From assembly GCA_938091905.1 (NCBI GenBank), contig CALKOM010000062.1, forward strand, positions 1 to 64,000: 64,000 nt of DNA, given 5' to 3'. The position numbers were made by a program, and so were the translations under genes. Shown piece after piece: positions 1 through 7,719 of this stretch (position 1 is its first letter; each line of letters starts with the position of its first letter). Source of the stretch: an uncultured Verrucomicrobiales bacterium (GTDB taxonomy: Bacteria > Verrucomicrobiota > Verrucomicrobiia > Verrucomicrobiales > DEV007). The notes under the pieces were generated by a model. The model did not search any database. It worked only from the letters and a program-made list of their open reading frames with translations, and was not told the origin of the DNA.

Positions 1-616
1 GGGAACTCATATGCTCTATCCGATAGAGCGAGAAGAGTGCTGCTGGGCGAGAGAGCGCCCAGTGATGTCAATCCGGAAAACCCGGCTCATCGTCAATGCG
101 AGACCGTCGATTCAGAGCATCGGCCGATTCAGCGGGTCTCGATCGACCAGCGGTTTCCAGGTGCGCGAGTAATTCAAGTGTAGGAGAGGCATGTTCATGA
201 CACCGCCCCCTACCATCGTGCGTGGAGATTTTGAGAATTGCTAGGAGACGCATGTCGGCGGGTGCGAAATCGCAGTTGCGCCAGAGAATTCTAGGCACGA
301 GAAAGGGTGGGGGGGGGTAAGAATCCTTTTCAAAAATTCCACCCCGGTGGTGGGGTCCAACTTTGTTTTTTGTATGCTATGGGCATTTCCTCGCTGAGCT
401 TCCTCACGGGGCTGGTTGAATCAAAAACCTACAGATCTGATGAGTTTATTGGTTTTGCTGGTCTCGAAGAGTCGTCAAAAGCCATTTGTTAGCTTCCTGA
501 CTTGCGCACTATTACACGTCGCGACACCACCTCCTCTAAAATGGAAGACCACTTAGGCTCAGAAGTGGTTGCGAAATTCAACGTGGAGATCGCTAAAACT
601 CGAAGCCGGTGAGACA

Positions 617-1018
617 CTAGCCGGGCTCGAGCTCGACGAGCCAACAGTAGCTATTTCCGATTTGCTCGAAGCCCCAGTCTCGCTGGATAGGCTCCATCTT
701 CGGATCTTCGTAGGTCACGGCTTGTTGGTGGCTCTTCTTGACGGCCGTGATTTTGAGGCAGACGGAGGCATGGAGTGCTCGGGTCAGGTGACCTTGCCTT
801 CGGTGCTCTGGCTTGGTGATTACGTGGAGTTCGTCAGTCCCCATGTCGTAGACGGCACTGACAGGGAGACCGTTGTCATTCGAGACGATGAGGACGTCCT
901 CGTGGAAGCCGTCTCGATCCAACGTTCTCACAACGTAGGTGTTAGAGCCTACGGGGTAGAGTTGAAGGGCCCCGGCTGCCGCTACGTCGATAAAAGTTCC
1001 AAGAGTGTCGTTAGTCAT
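617..1018 (-). CDS. Putative GNAT-family acetyltransferase
   Basis: Acetyl-CoA motif A-like HVITKPEHRRQGHLTRAL and C-terminal WGF; start placed at MTNDTLG (ORF track starts at 1096 inside the repeat region). Confidence 0.55.
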   Translation of the reverse strand: MTNDTLGTFIDVAAAGALQLYPVGSNTYVVRTLDRDGFHEDVLIVSNDNGLPVSAVYDMGTDELHVITKPEHRRQGHLTRALHASVCLKITAVKKSHQQAVTYEDPKMEPIQRDWGFEQIGNSYCWLVELEPG

Positions 1019-1088
1019 GGTGGTGGGGCTGTGAGGATCGGCGGGTCGATCCGGCAGGTGGTGTGGTGCTGGCTGCACCTTTGGTGGG

Positions 1089-1435
1089 CGGGTCATGGAT
1101 GACCCACTAGATGATCCACCCTAGACTCCTTATTATTAACTGCTTATCTCTCTTTATGGGAGTGGGTCAAGTGGGTCATAGTATAAATACTTTGATAGGT
1201 TTGCTGTATACCTACTTAAACAGGTGGTACTACGAAAACATATGTATAGGAGTTATCGGAAAATGGCTGACCCAGTGACCCACCTCCTTGAAAACACGCG
1301 TAACCCGTTGATTAAATTAGGCTTAAGAAGGGTCATCAGATGGATCATTCTGGGTCAGCGCTATTAGTTCTCGGAGAGCCTCTCCTCTGATATTAGTCGA
1401 AATGTGCTGCTCAACCCCCAAAGCGCTCTGACCCA
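1089..1435. repeat. Putative replication origin: TGACCCA/TGGGTCA iterons around an AT-rich core
   Basis: TGACCCA at 1100, 1268, 1276, 1429; TGGGTCA at 1163, 1172, 1351; variants at 1089, 1112, 1329, 1341; AT-rich 1180-1260; immediately downstream of the helicase gene. Confidence 0.65.
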
Positions 1436-1478
1436 GGCTTCGGAGTTCTCGGAGAGCCTCTCCCATGATATCAGTCGA
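1366..1478. repeat. 35-bp imperfect direct repeat (2 copies) containing palindrome GGAGAG-C-CTCTCC
   Basis: 1366-1400 agttctcggagagcctctcctctgatattagtcga vs 1444-1478 agttctcggagagcctctcccatgatatcagtcga (32/35 identical). Confidence 0.9.
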
Positions 1479-1497
1479 TGTTAGCTGATATACGTTA

Positions 1498-3360
1498 TCA
1501 GGCTAGAGGGTCGTGTGGGGACTCGTCGTCGATATTGACATCACCAGCTGCCGCCAATTGCAGCAACTCCTTCTGCTCATCCACTGGGAGTAGGTCTAAG
1601 ACATAGCAGCTCACTTTGTTGCCTCTCTTCCCAACCCCGTGTGGTCTCAACCTTTCGCTAGGTTTGGCTTTGCGAAGGAACTGGAGTAGCCCGGTCGCCT
1701 CGAAGTCGTCCAACGCGTAACGGACCTTTGTGGGATTGATCAGCATTTGCCGATAGGTCTCTTTCTGCCCTAGCCATGCTGCGTCTATCAGCATGGCAAA
1801 TAGGGCGGCAGGAGTGAACTTGAAACAGCCGGGATCGTTGCCGCTGGGGCTCACTAACCGCTGCTCTCGGATACCATGGTCCACTGCCCACAAGCGGCTG
1901 CAATTAGATCGGCCTGAAACCGTAAGCGCAGACAGCTTGGCTCGGAGGGCATGGAACATGTCTTCGTAGCCCACCGGAACCTGCCGGGCTTTGAGCTGCG
2001 TAGCAATGCGCTCTGGGCAGTAGCCTTTCTGACCGAACCGGCGGTCCGTGATCTCTGGACGCGTCTCAGTATCCCGAAGCCACGCCCCAAGGGCGGGCAG
2101 GCATTCCAGCAGTTCCTCGTTCGATGGGAACTCGCTGGCCCCTGAGCGCACAGGCAGGATCACTAGCTTGTCCTCGATGTTCTTCTCAAGAAACGGGAGC
2201 CCCTTCAACGAGTTGTCGTCGTCATTTCTCATGATGATCAGGCGGAAGCCGTCTACGGGAATAGTGACAGGCTCGATGTTCTTGAGTTCGTAGCGAGCGG
2301 TCCCTTCTGCGATGATTTCTTTCACCTTCTCTGTGAGCGTGCGCGCGTCCCTGTTGGATGTGGGGGCGTCTGAGTACTTACCAATCGGCACCGAGAACAC
2401 TTCACTTGCGAAACGCTGACCATCTTTCGATAGGATCTTTTTCATGTCGGCAGCATCCCCGCCCATCAGGATGGAGAGCACCCCGTCGACGGTGAAATTC
2501 TTACCTGCGTCAGCTGGGCCAACCAGAGTTAGGCCTGGCCCCCTGTTCGGCGTGCCCTTGAGCGCCCCAACATACCAGTAGCGCAAGAATGCCTGGAACA
2601 GCTCCAAGTGCTGCGGGTCCTCTATGAACATATGGTTCCACACGTTGGCGAGTGCTTCGAATCCTTCACCCCAGACCCCAGAATGCTTCTCTTCATGAGG
2701 TTCTACCACCCTACACTGGCTCGAGTTTAGGAAGGTCTTACGACCTCGTTTGATAGGGGCTCTTGTGGGGAGGTAGTGTAGCGGCACATAGCCATCGACG
2801 CCACGGACAAGGACAGCGTCATTCAGTGAAACCTGCGCCTCGACTTGGGAGTGGCCCCCGACCAGTAGACAGTTGAGGAGCAGGAGGCGGTCAAGTGCGA
2901 TCCATCTCTCTGAAACGTTACCCCAAACGAAGAACTTGGAGCCTTTAGAATAGACTTCAGTACCTGGGGGGAGGGAATCCAGAGCCCCGGTGGCCGTTGT
3001 CAGAACTTGCACCGCTGACGCTTCACGCTCTGCCACCTTCAGGTCAGCCCGACGCGCACTAATAGCGCCTTCGAAGTCTTTCTTGGTGATAGACTCTTTC
3101 TCGTTTAAACGCTTGAAGGCTACTGTCTTGAACGTCAACAAGTGCGGGTTCAGCGCAACCGCTTGCAAGATGTCATTCTCCGGGGCGTCCGGGTGTTCCT
3201 CCAGCCACTGATCGGCATCCTCTGACAGGTTCCACTTACGAGGCTTGTCAGGGTCGACCCCGAAAAATCCATCCGCCTTACTGCCTTTCTCTGCACGTCC
3301 GTTGGCGTCGGCCCTCTTTGATCCGCTCTCCAGCTTGGTGAAATCCGGTTGGCTAGACAT
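1498..3360 (-). CDS. Primase-associated P-loop helicase (SF3/D5-like, DUF5906-type)
   Basis: Walker A GPADAGKN, degenerate Walker B IGKYSD, motif C LIIMRND, ARYELKN motif; ATG at 3360 overlaps the upstream TAG. Confidence 0.75.
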   Translation of the reverse strand: MSSQPDFTKLESGSKRADANGRAEKGSKADGFFGVDPDKPRKWNLSEDADQWLEEHPDAPENDILQAVALNPHLLTFKTVAFKRLNEKESITKKDFEGAISARRADLKVAEREASAVQVLTTATGALDSLPPGTEVYSKGSKFFVWGNVSERWIALDRLLLLNCLLVGGHSQVEAQVSLNDAVLVRGVDGYVPLHYLPTRAPIKRGRKTFLNSSQCRVVEPHEEKHSGVWGEGFEALANVWNHMFIEDPQHLELFQAFLRYWYVGALKGTPNRGPGLTLVGPADAGKNFTVDGVLSILMGGDAADMKKILSKDGQRFASEVFSVPIGKYSDAPTSNRDARTLTEKVKEIIAEGTARYELKNIEPVTIPVDGFRLIIMRNDDDNSLKGLPFLEKNIEDKLVILPVRSGASEFPSNEELLECLPALGAWLRDTETRPEITDRRFGQKGYCPERIATQLKARQVPVGYEDMFHALRAKLSALTVSGRSNCSRLWAVDHGIREQRLVSPSGNDPGCFKFTPAALFAMLIDAAWLGQKETYRQMLINPTKVRYALDDFEATGLLQFLRKAKPSERLRPHGVGKRGNKVSCYVLDLLPVDEQKELLQLAAAGDVNIDDESPHDPLA

Positions 3361-4732
3361 AGTAGAGCACCTCCTGAATTGAGGTTGTGTTATCGTCATG
3401 AACCCGGACACCGTTGGGCATTCGGAACTTTCGGAATGGCTGACCACCACAGGAATCGAAGCCGACGGCCACGTGGATCTTGATCAGGTCGAGCTTGTGC
3501 TTGTCCGTCCACCCCTGGACATCCCACCAGACGTGTAGGCTAAAGGGGGCACGCCCGGAGCGAACGATCATCTTGGGTTGCATTCCGATAAGGTCAGCGA
3601 CATAGAATATTGCTAGTTTCTGCCACGCGTAGTTGGCTCGACCCCGCTCAGCTTTCGGCAGGTTGAGCATGTCGTCAGGATCTTCGTCGATCTCCATGAT
3701 CAGGTAGTGACTCGGAAACTCGGGAAAATTGTGGTGGTTGTTCAGCTCAAGGTAGGCTCCCTGTCCTGGGTTGCGTTCGGTCTTCGGAATCCACGGCTTC
3801 CCGTCCTTGTCTAACCAAGGCTGATCTAGTAGCGGTGATGGGACAATGTGAGAAAACTCACGGCCTTTATACTTTAGGGCTCGTTGCTCAGCCACCGTGT
3901 GTGGATGGGCGTGATTGAAAGGGTCCACGCAGCAGAGCGACGCGTCTTCCGGGTAGAGCCCCCCTAACACCTTGGCAGGTGATCCCTTGTGATGTCTCAG
4001 TTCTGGAATGATGATCCGCCGGGCGGACTCCTTGCACCGCAGGACGTCGCCTCTGGTGATCTGACCAACAGGTTTGGCGCTACCCGCCTTAGTAGGGTCT
4101 AGCGTCATGTTCGGATCGTCGTAGCAACGTTTCATCAGTTCATCCACACGCTCTGCTGACATCTTCCGGTTCCTGACAAGGGAAGCACCGGTCGCGTGGA
4201 ATTTGTCGTTAGGCTTGCCGTCAGTGAAGCGGCCTCGTACATCCCGCTTGATCTCGTTCACGTCGGGCTCTCCGCTACGCGAGACAAACCCTGCTTCCGT
4301 GAGGATAGACACCGTGGTGTCTGGTGGGATGCCGAGCAAGAGCAGCACCCCTGCGCCAAGCAGAAGGGCCTGGTGACCCTGCCCAGATGTTGTCTCTGTT
4401 GCGAGGTTGTAGGTCTCGTGGACTTCGGGATCGTAGACCTTGAGATAGGGCGCTCTACCGGACCGACTTTCGCACAGCGTGAACTGAAACGGGCGTAAGT
4501 CTTCCCCTAGTTCTATCTCTAGCGCCTCACCGCTAATCGATGGAGCTGTCTTGGAAAACTCTAGCGTAAATAGCGCGTCGTCATCCTGAGAATTTGCTTC
4601 AGAATCAGCGGAGTCCTCTTGATTTGTAGGGTTTGCAGTGTCAGGATTGAGTGGTTTTGTTCGATCTTCGTCATCAGTTTTTGGGGCCCCGGTACTAACG
4701 GGGCCTCTTTCGTGTAAAGGGGTGTTGCTCAT
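3353..4732 (-). CDS. Putative AEP-superfamily primase/primpol
   Basis: C-terminal motifs YLIMEID (I), IVRSG...SLHVWW (II), VGFD (III), FRMPNG; translationally coupled to the helicase. Confidence 0.65.
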   Translation of the reverse strand: MSNTPLHERGPVSTGAPKTDDEDRTKPLNPDTANPTNQEDSADSEANSQDDDALFTLEFSKTAPSISGEALEIELGEDLRPFQFTLCESRSGRAPYLKVYDPEVHETYNLATETTSGQGHQALLLGAGVLLLLGIPPDTTVSILTEAGFVSRSGEPDVNEIKRDVRGRFTDGKPNDKFHATGASLVRNRKMSAERVDELMKRCYDDPNMTLDPTKAGSAKPVGQITRGDVLRCKESARRIIIPELRHHKGSPAKVLGGLYPEDASLCCVDPFNHAHPHTVAEQRALKYKGREFSHIVPSPLLDQPWLDKDGKPWIPKTERNPGQGAYLELNNHHNFPEFPSHYLIMEIDEDPDDMLNLPKAERGRANYAWQKLAIFYVADLIGMQPKMIVRSGRAPFSLHVWWDVQGWTDKHKLDLIKIHVAVGFDSCGGQPFRKFRMPNGVRVHDDNTTSIQEVLYYV

Positions 4733-4929
4733 AATGGAACGGGTGGGTTTGGCCTGTTGGCCGAACTTCGGTTGATGAATTCGTCATATTCATGGACTGG
4801 TTGGTGTGTTAGACGGTGTTCAGGAATAGTCGGGTTCTCGTTTCTCGGGATAAAAGACAGGGGGCCGCTTGGGATTGTCAGCCTGATGGGTGAGGGCAGG
4901 TTTGGAGGATGTATACTCGATGAGCGCAC
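4729..4929 (-). CDS. Small hypothetical protein
   Basis: 66-aa ORF whose TGA overlaps the primase ATG (ATGA); no recognisable motif. Confidence 0.25.
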   Translation of the reverse strand: MRSSSIHPPNLPSPIRLTIPSGPLSFIPRNENPTIPEHRLTHQPVHEYDEFINRSSANRPNPPVPL

Positions 4930-5118
4930 AAATAGGGTTGTGATAGTTGGTTTCGGCTTATAGGAGTTGTGAGGGGATTTGGGTAGGCTTCGTTTTGATA
5001 TCTGGGCATCGCGACACCCGAAGGCTGCCTAGAGAGCCTCCTGGTGTTTTGTACGTATCTGGGCTGCGTGTGTGCAGCGTTGGTCCAGAGGGCGGACCAC
5101 GGAGCCAATCCGGCGCAC

Positions 5119-5436
5119 TTAGTAACGCGAACTCATCACCTCTAGCTCGTCTTTGCTGTAGGCGGGATTTCCGGCTTCCATGTCCTTTAGATTCTTCTCC
5201 GTGAAGAAAAAGCGCTTTCCCACTTTGACGGCTTCAATATCACCATCACGCACCCACTCGCGAACTCGTCGAGGCGTGGTGTGGTAGGTGGCGGCGACCT
5301 GTTCAACGGTGAATCGTTTGACCGGTGCGTCGACTCGATCTTGCACGGCTTTGATGGTCTCCGATTTGCGCTTCTTCGGCGCGGGCTTCCGTGCGGACTT
5401 CTTGCTAGTTGTCTTCTTGGCGGCTGCGTTCTGCAT
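5119..5436 (-). CDS. Excisionase-like helix-turn-helix DNA-binding protein
   Basis: FTVEQVAATYHTTPRRVREWVRDGDIEAVKVGKRFFF is a typical HTH_17/xis signature; basic N-terminal tail. Confidence 0.85.
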   Translation of the reverse strand: MQNAAAKKTTSKKSARKPAPKKRKSETIKAVQDRVDAPVKRFTVEQVAATYHTTPRRVREWVRDGDIEAVKVGKRFFFTEKNLKDMEAGNPAYSKDELEVMSSRY

Positions 5437-5494
5437 GCCGAATGTATCAGTGCGGAACGTCGAAAAGCCTAGGGGGGCCGGTACTCACCCCCCT

Positions 5495-6271
5495 CTAGTC
5501 ACGTAGAAGAAGAGCGCCATCTGGGCCTCGGTAAGCCTTGGGTGTGAGCGACTTGTAGAGGCCTGAACGGCTTGCATTATTTATCGCTTTTCGGGTCTGC
5601 CCGAGCGACAGCGACTTGAAGCCTGGTAGACTGGTAGCTGCATCGTGGGCCAGTGGGGCTCGATCCATAGCCTCGACGGCCCAGAGGCAAAGCGGAAGCC
5701 ATAGACGGCGGACCAGGTCGCTTGTGGAAGTATGCTCTGGGGACCTTCGAGATCGCTTAATGAAGCGATTTGCAGCAGCAGAGAACCCGGTCAACTCCCC
5801 ATCCTCGTCCATGATAGCGTTATCTAAACGGATTGCCTCTTCCATTGGAGACCCAAGGCCTATCACCGCCACGCGCTGGGACCATTCGTTCTTCCTGTAG
5901 CTGTGGGCAACGGAGAGCACAGCTTCCCGAAGCTCGGGGCCACGAGTGAGTGATTGGAAGATGTTTACCGTTCCTAGTACTGCGGCGTCTGCGCAAGCTC
6001 TGCGGAATGTTCTACCGATCAGGATATCCGTTTGAGTTATGGTCTCTTCCTTCGAGACGTCCGGCAACGGGGCCGGGGCACCTAAGGCCAGAGCTGTAAC
6101 GTGGCGAAGGGAGAGGAGAACACGTTGTGCGTCGTCCTTGCCCCCCCGGTATCGCAATAGCAGGCATCTCACACAGTTCAGCAGGTCAGGCCTATCGGCA
6201 GCAACTGCAGCTTGGCTAGCCAGCACGCCTTCTTGATCTACCCTGCCTTCCGTAGGATCCACCTCACCCAT
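5495..6271 (-). CDS. Hypothetical protein coupled to integrase
   Basis: ATG at 6271 overlaps the integrase stop (ATGGGTGA); about 258 aa open frame. Confidence 0.6.
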   Translation of the reverse strand: MGEVDPTEGRVDQEGVLASQAAVAADRPDLLNCVRCLLLRYRGGKDDAQRVLLSLRHVTALALGAPAPLPDVSKEETITQTDILIGRTFRRACADAAVLGTVNIFQSLTRGPELREAVLSVAHSYRKNEWSQRVAVIGLGSPMEEAIRLDNAIMDEDGELTGFSAAANRFIKRSRRSPEHTSTSDLVRRLWLPLCLWAVEAMDRAPLAHDAATSLPGFKSLSLGQTRKAINNASRSGLYKSLTPKAYRGPDGALLLRD

Positions 6272-7472
6272 CGCTGATCTTGAGGCCGGTTGTGAATGAC
6301 TCTCCGTCGGGGCTTGCAGCGTAGTGGCCGTTTGTGACGGCAATGTCGCTGTGCCGCAAGAGCCGAGACGCGGCGAAGATCCCGTGCCTCTTGCAGAGCA
6401 AAGCGCCGTATTCCTTCCGAAGCTCATGCAGTGGCTTCTGGGCAGTGATGCCTTGGGCTCGTAACCATGAGTAGAGACGCTCGAAGACGCGTTCGCATCG
6501 GTAGCCGTCAGCGGCCTCGTGCTCTGAAGCGGTCACTACGAATTCCTGCACGCTCTTCTTCTTCCACTTCCGAAGCATATCCAGAAGGTCTGCATCGACC
6601 GGCAACACGCCTCCCGAGGTCTCGCTCTTGAGCCGTAAGTGCTTGGTGTTTCGCAAGACGATCTGGCCGCGTTCGAAATCGACCAGTGACCAATCGAGGG
6701 CGTCGATCTCCTTCTTTCGGAGCCCTAGCATTAGAGCAAGGAGGAAGATCTTCAGTTCTTCGTGAGGGAGGTTTTTCAGGGCATTGGCTAGTAATGTCTC
6801 TGGATCAATGGTGCTGATGTAACGATGGCTCTGTCGTGGGTAGAGATCGACACCCGCGAACGGGTTTGATACCGACAGATCGAGATGCTTGAGCACCTTG
6901 GGTGCAAACAACGCACGAGCGTTTCTCAAGTAGCTATTGCACGAAGAGCGCCGCCGCCGGGCTGTCTCCGGATCTTCAGCCGAGTTTACGAAGGACACTT
7001 TCCAGGCCTGGACTGTGGAGGGCGTGAGAGCGCTCAGTTTGATACTATCCACCCGCTCTCTCCAGTTACCCTTGGGTGAGTACTTGTCGTGAGGATCGAC
7101 GTTGAGAGCCTCTGAGGCAATGCGTCGGAGTGAGCTGGAGTAGTCTTTCCAAGTCTTCTCTGCCAAGTCGGTCGTCGCTGCCACTGCGTCCAAGAACGCC
7201 CCCAGTGAAAGTGACGGCGTTGCCGCCTCTTGAGCGGTGGGGCTTCGCATCTCATCGAGCGCACTCCAGCCCTTTTCCGAGATGAGCGCGTAGAGATCGC
7301 GGGCCCGACGTGCCGCCCTTTCCTTGTCCGAGGTTTTCAGTGGCACGTTGCGTCGTTTCCCATGTAGCTGGAAGCGGATCGAGTAGTCTGGAGATTTGAC
7401 TCGTGCACCGTCAACCTTGTGCGTGTGCTGGAAGACACGAGTGAGCCAGTATCTAAAATTGTTCTTCGTCAT
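6264..7472 (-). CDS. int: Tyrosine recombinase / phage integrase
   Basis: Catalytic residues GLRKKEI (R), LKS (K), LHELRK (HxxR), LLRHS (H), GHYA (Y); N-terminal arm-binding-like domain. Confidence 0.95.
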   Translation of the reverse strand: MTKNNFRYWLTRVFQHTHKVDGARVKSPDYSIRFQLHGKRRNVPLKTSDKERAARRARDLYALISEKGWSALDEMRSPTAQEAATPSLSLGAFLDAVAATTDLAEKTWKDYSSSLRRIASEALNVDPHDKYSPKGNWRERVDSIKLSALTPSTVQAWKVSFVNSAEDPETARRRRSSCNSYLRNARALFAPKVLKHLDLSVSNPFAGVDLYPRQSHRYISTIDPETLLANALKNLPHEELKIFLLALMLGLRKKEIDALDWSLVDFERGQIVLRNTKHLRLKSETSGGVLPVDADLLDMLRKWKKKSVQEFVVTASEHEAADGYRCERVFERLYSWLRAQGITAQKPLHELRKEYGALLCKRHGIFAASRLLRHSDIAVTNGHYAASPDGESFTTGLKISDG

Positions 7473-7483
7473 GAGGTGAATTC

Positions 7484-7582
7484 ACCAGCCACTTACCAGC
7501 CACTTTCGGAGGGCATACAAGGGGTATACATGCGCATGTAAACGACGGTAATCAACAGGTATTACCCTGTAGAATGGCTGGT
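7484..7582. promoter_or_regulatory. Putative integrase arm-type binding sites
   Basis: ACCAGCCACTT tandem at 7484-7494 and 7495-7505; inverted near-copy AATGGCTGGT at 7573-7582, between int start and att core. Confidence 0.55.
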
Positions 7583-7612
7583 GCCAGAAAAGTTTGCCCG
7601 GCAGGGACCCTA

Positions 7613-7656
7613 GACTACGGATCAGAAGGTTTGGGGTTCGAATCCCTACAGGCGTG
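7613..7656 (+). tRNA. 3' half of tRNA-Arg(ACG), att-site duplication (not a complete tRNA)
   Basis: GA-CTACGGA-TCAGA anticodon loop/3' stem, TGGGG-TTCGAAT-CCCTA T arm, CAGGCGT-G acceptor 3' strand; no D arm or 5' acceptor strand upstream. Confidence 0.9.
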
Positions 7657-7719
7657 CTCTTCCTCTCAACGGGTGAGAACGAGGTAAGCAAGGTTTGGCA
7701 TCTTCGAGTAGCTATGAGC

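Larger units (their letters stand above)
1..7656 (-). mobile_element. Integrative element (phage-satellite/PICI-like or prophage early region) inserted at tRNA-Arg(ACG); left end outside window
   Basis: Tyrosine integrase next to a 3' tRNA fragment, followed on the same strand by xis-like HTH, primase, helicase and an iteron-rich region; host nitrate genes start right after the tRNA fragment. Confidence 0.85.

Noticed and set aside
569..1102. 177-aa + strand ORF
   Set aside because: Antisense shadow of the GNAT-like gene; no motif
1366..1478. CRISPR array
   Set aside because: Only two repeats, no cas genes in the window, and the spacer contains an origin iteron
4683..5497. Two hairpins with GGTACT(A/C)A loops (4683-4707 and about 5469-5498)
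   Set aside because: Only two short instances, one inside coding sequence; could be chance
7580..7660. Complete tRNA-Arg gene
   Set aside because: No D arm or 5' acceptor strand, and the 5' anticodon stem mismatches; it is an att fragment
7482..7691. 69-aa ORF (TPVGIRTPNLLIRS)
   Set aside because: Typical spurious translation of a tRNA antisense strand
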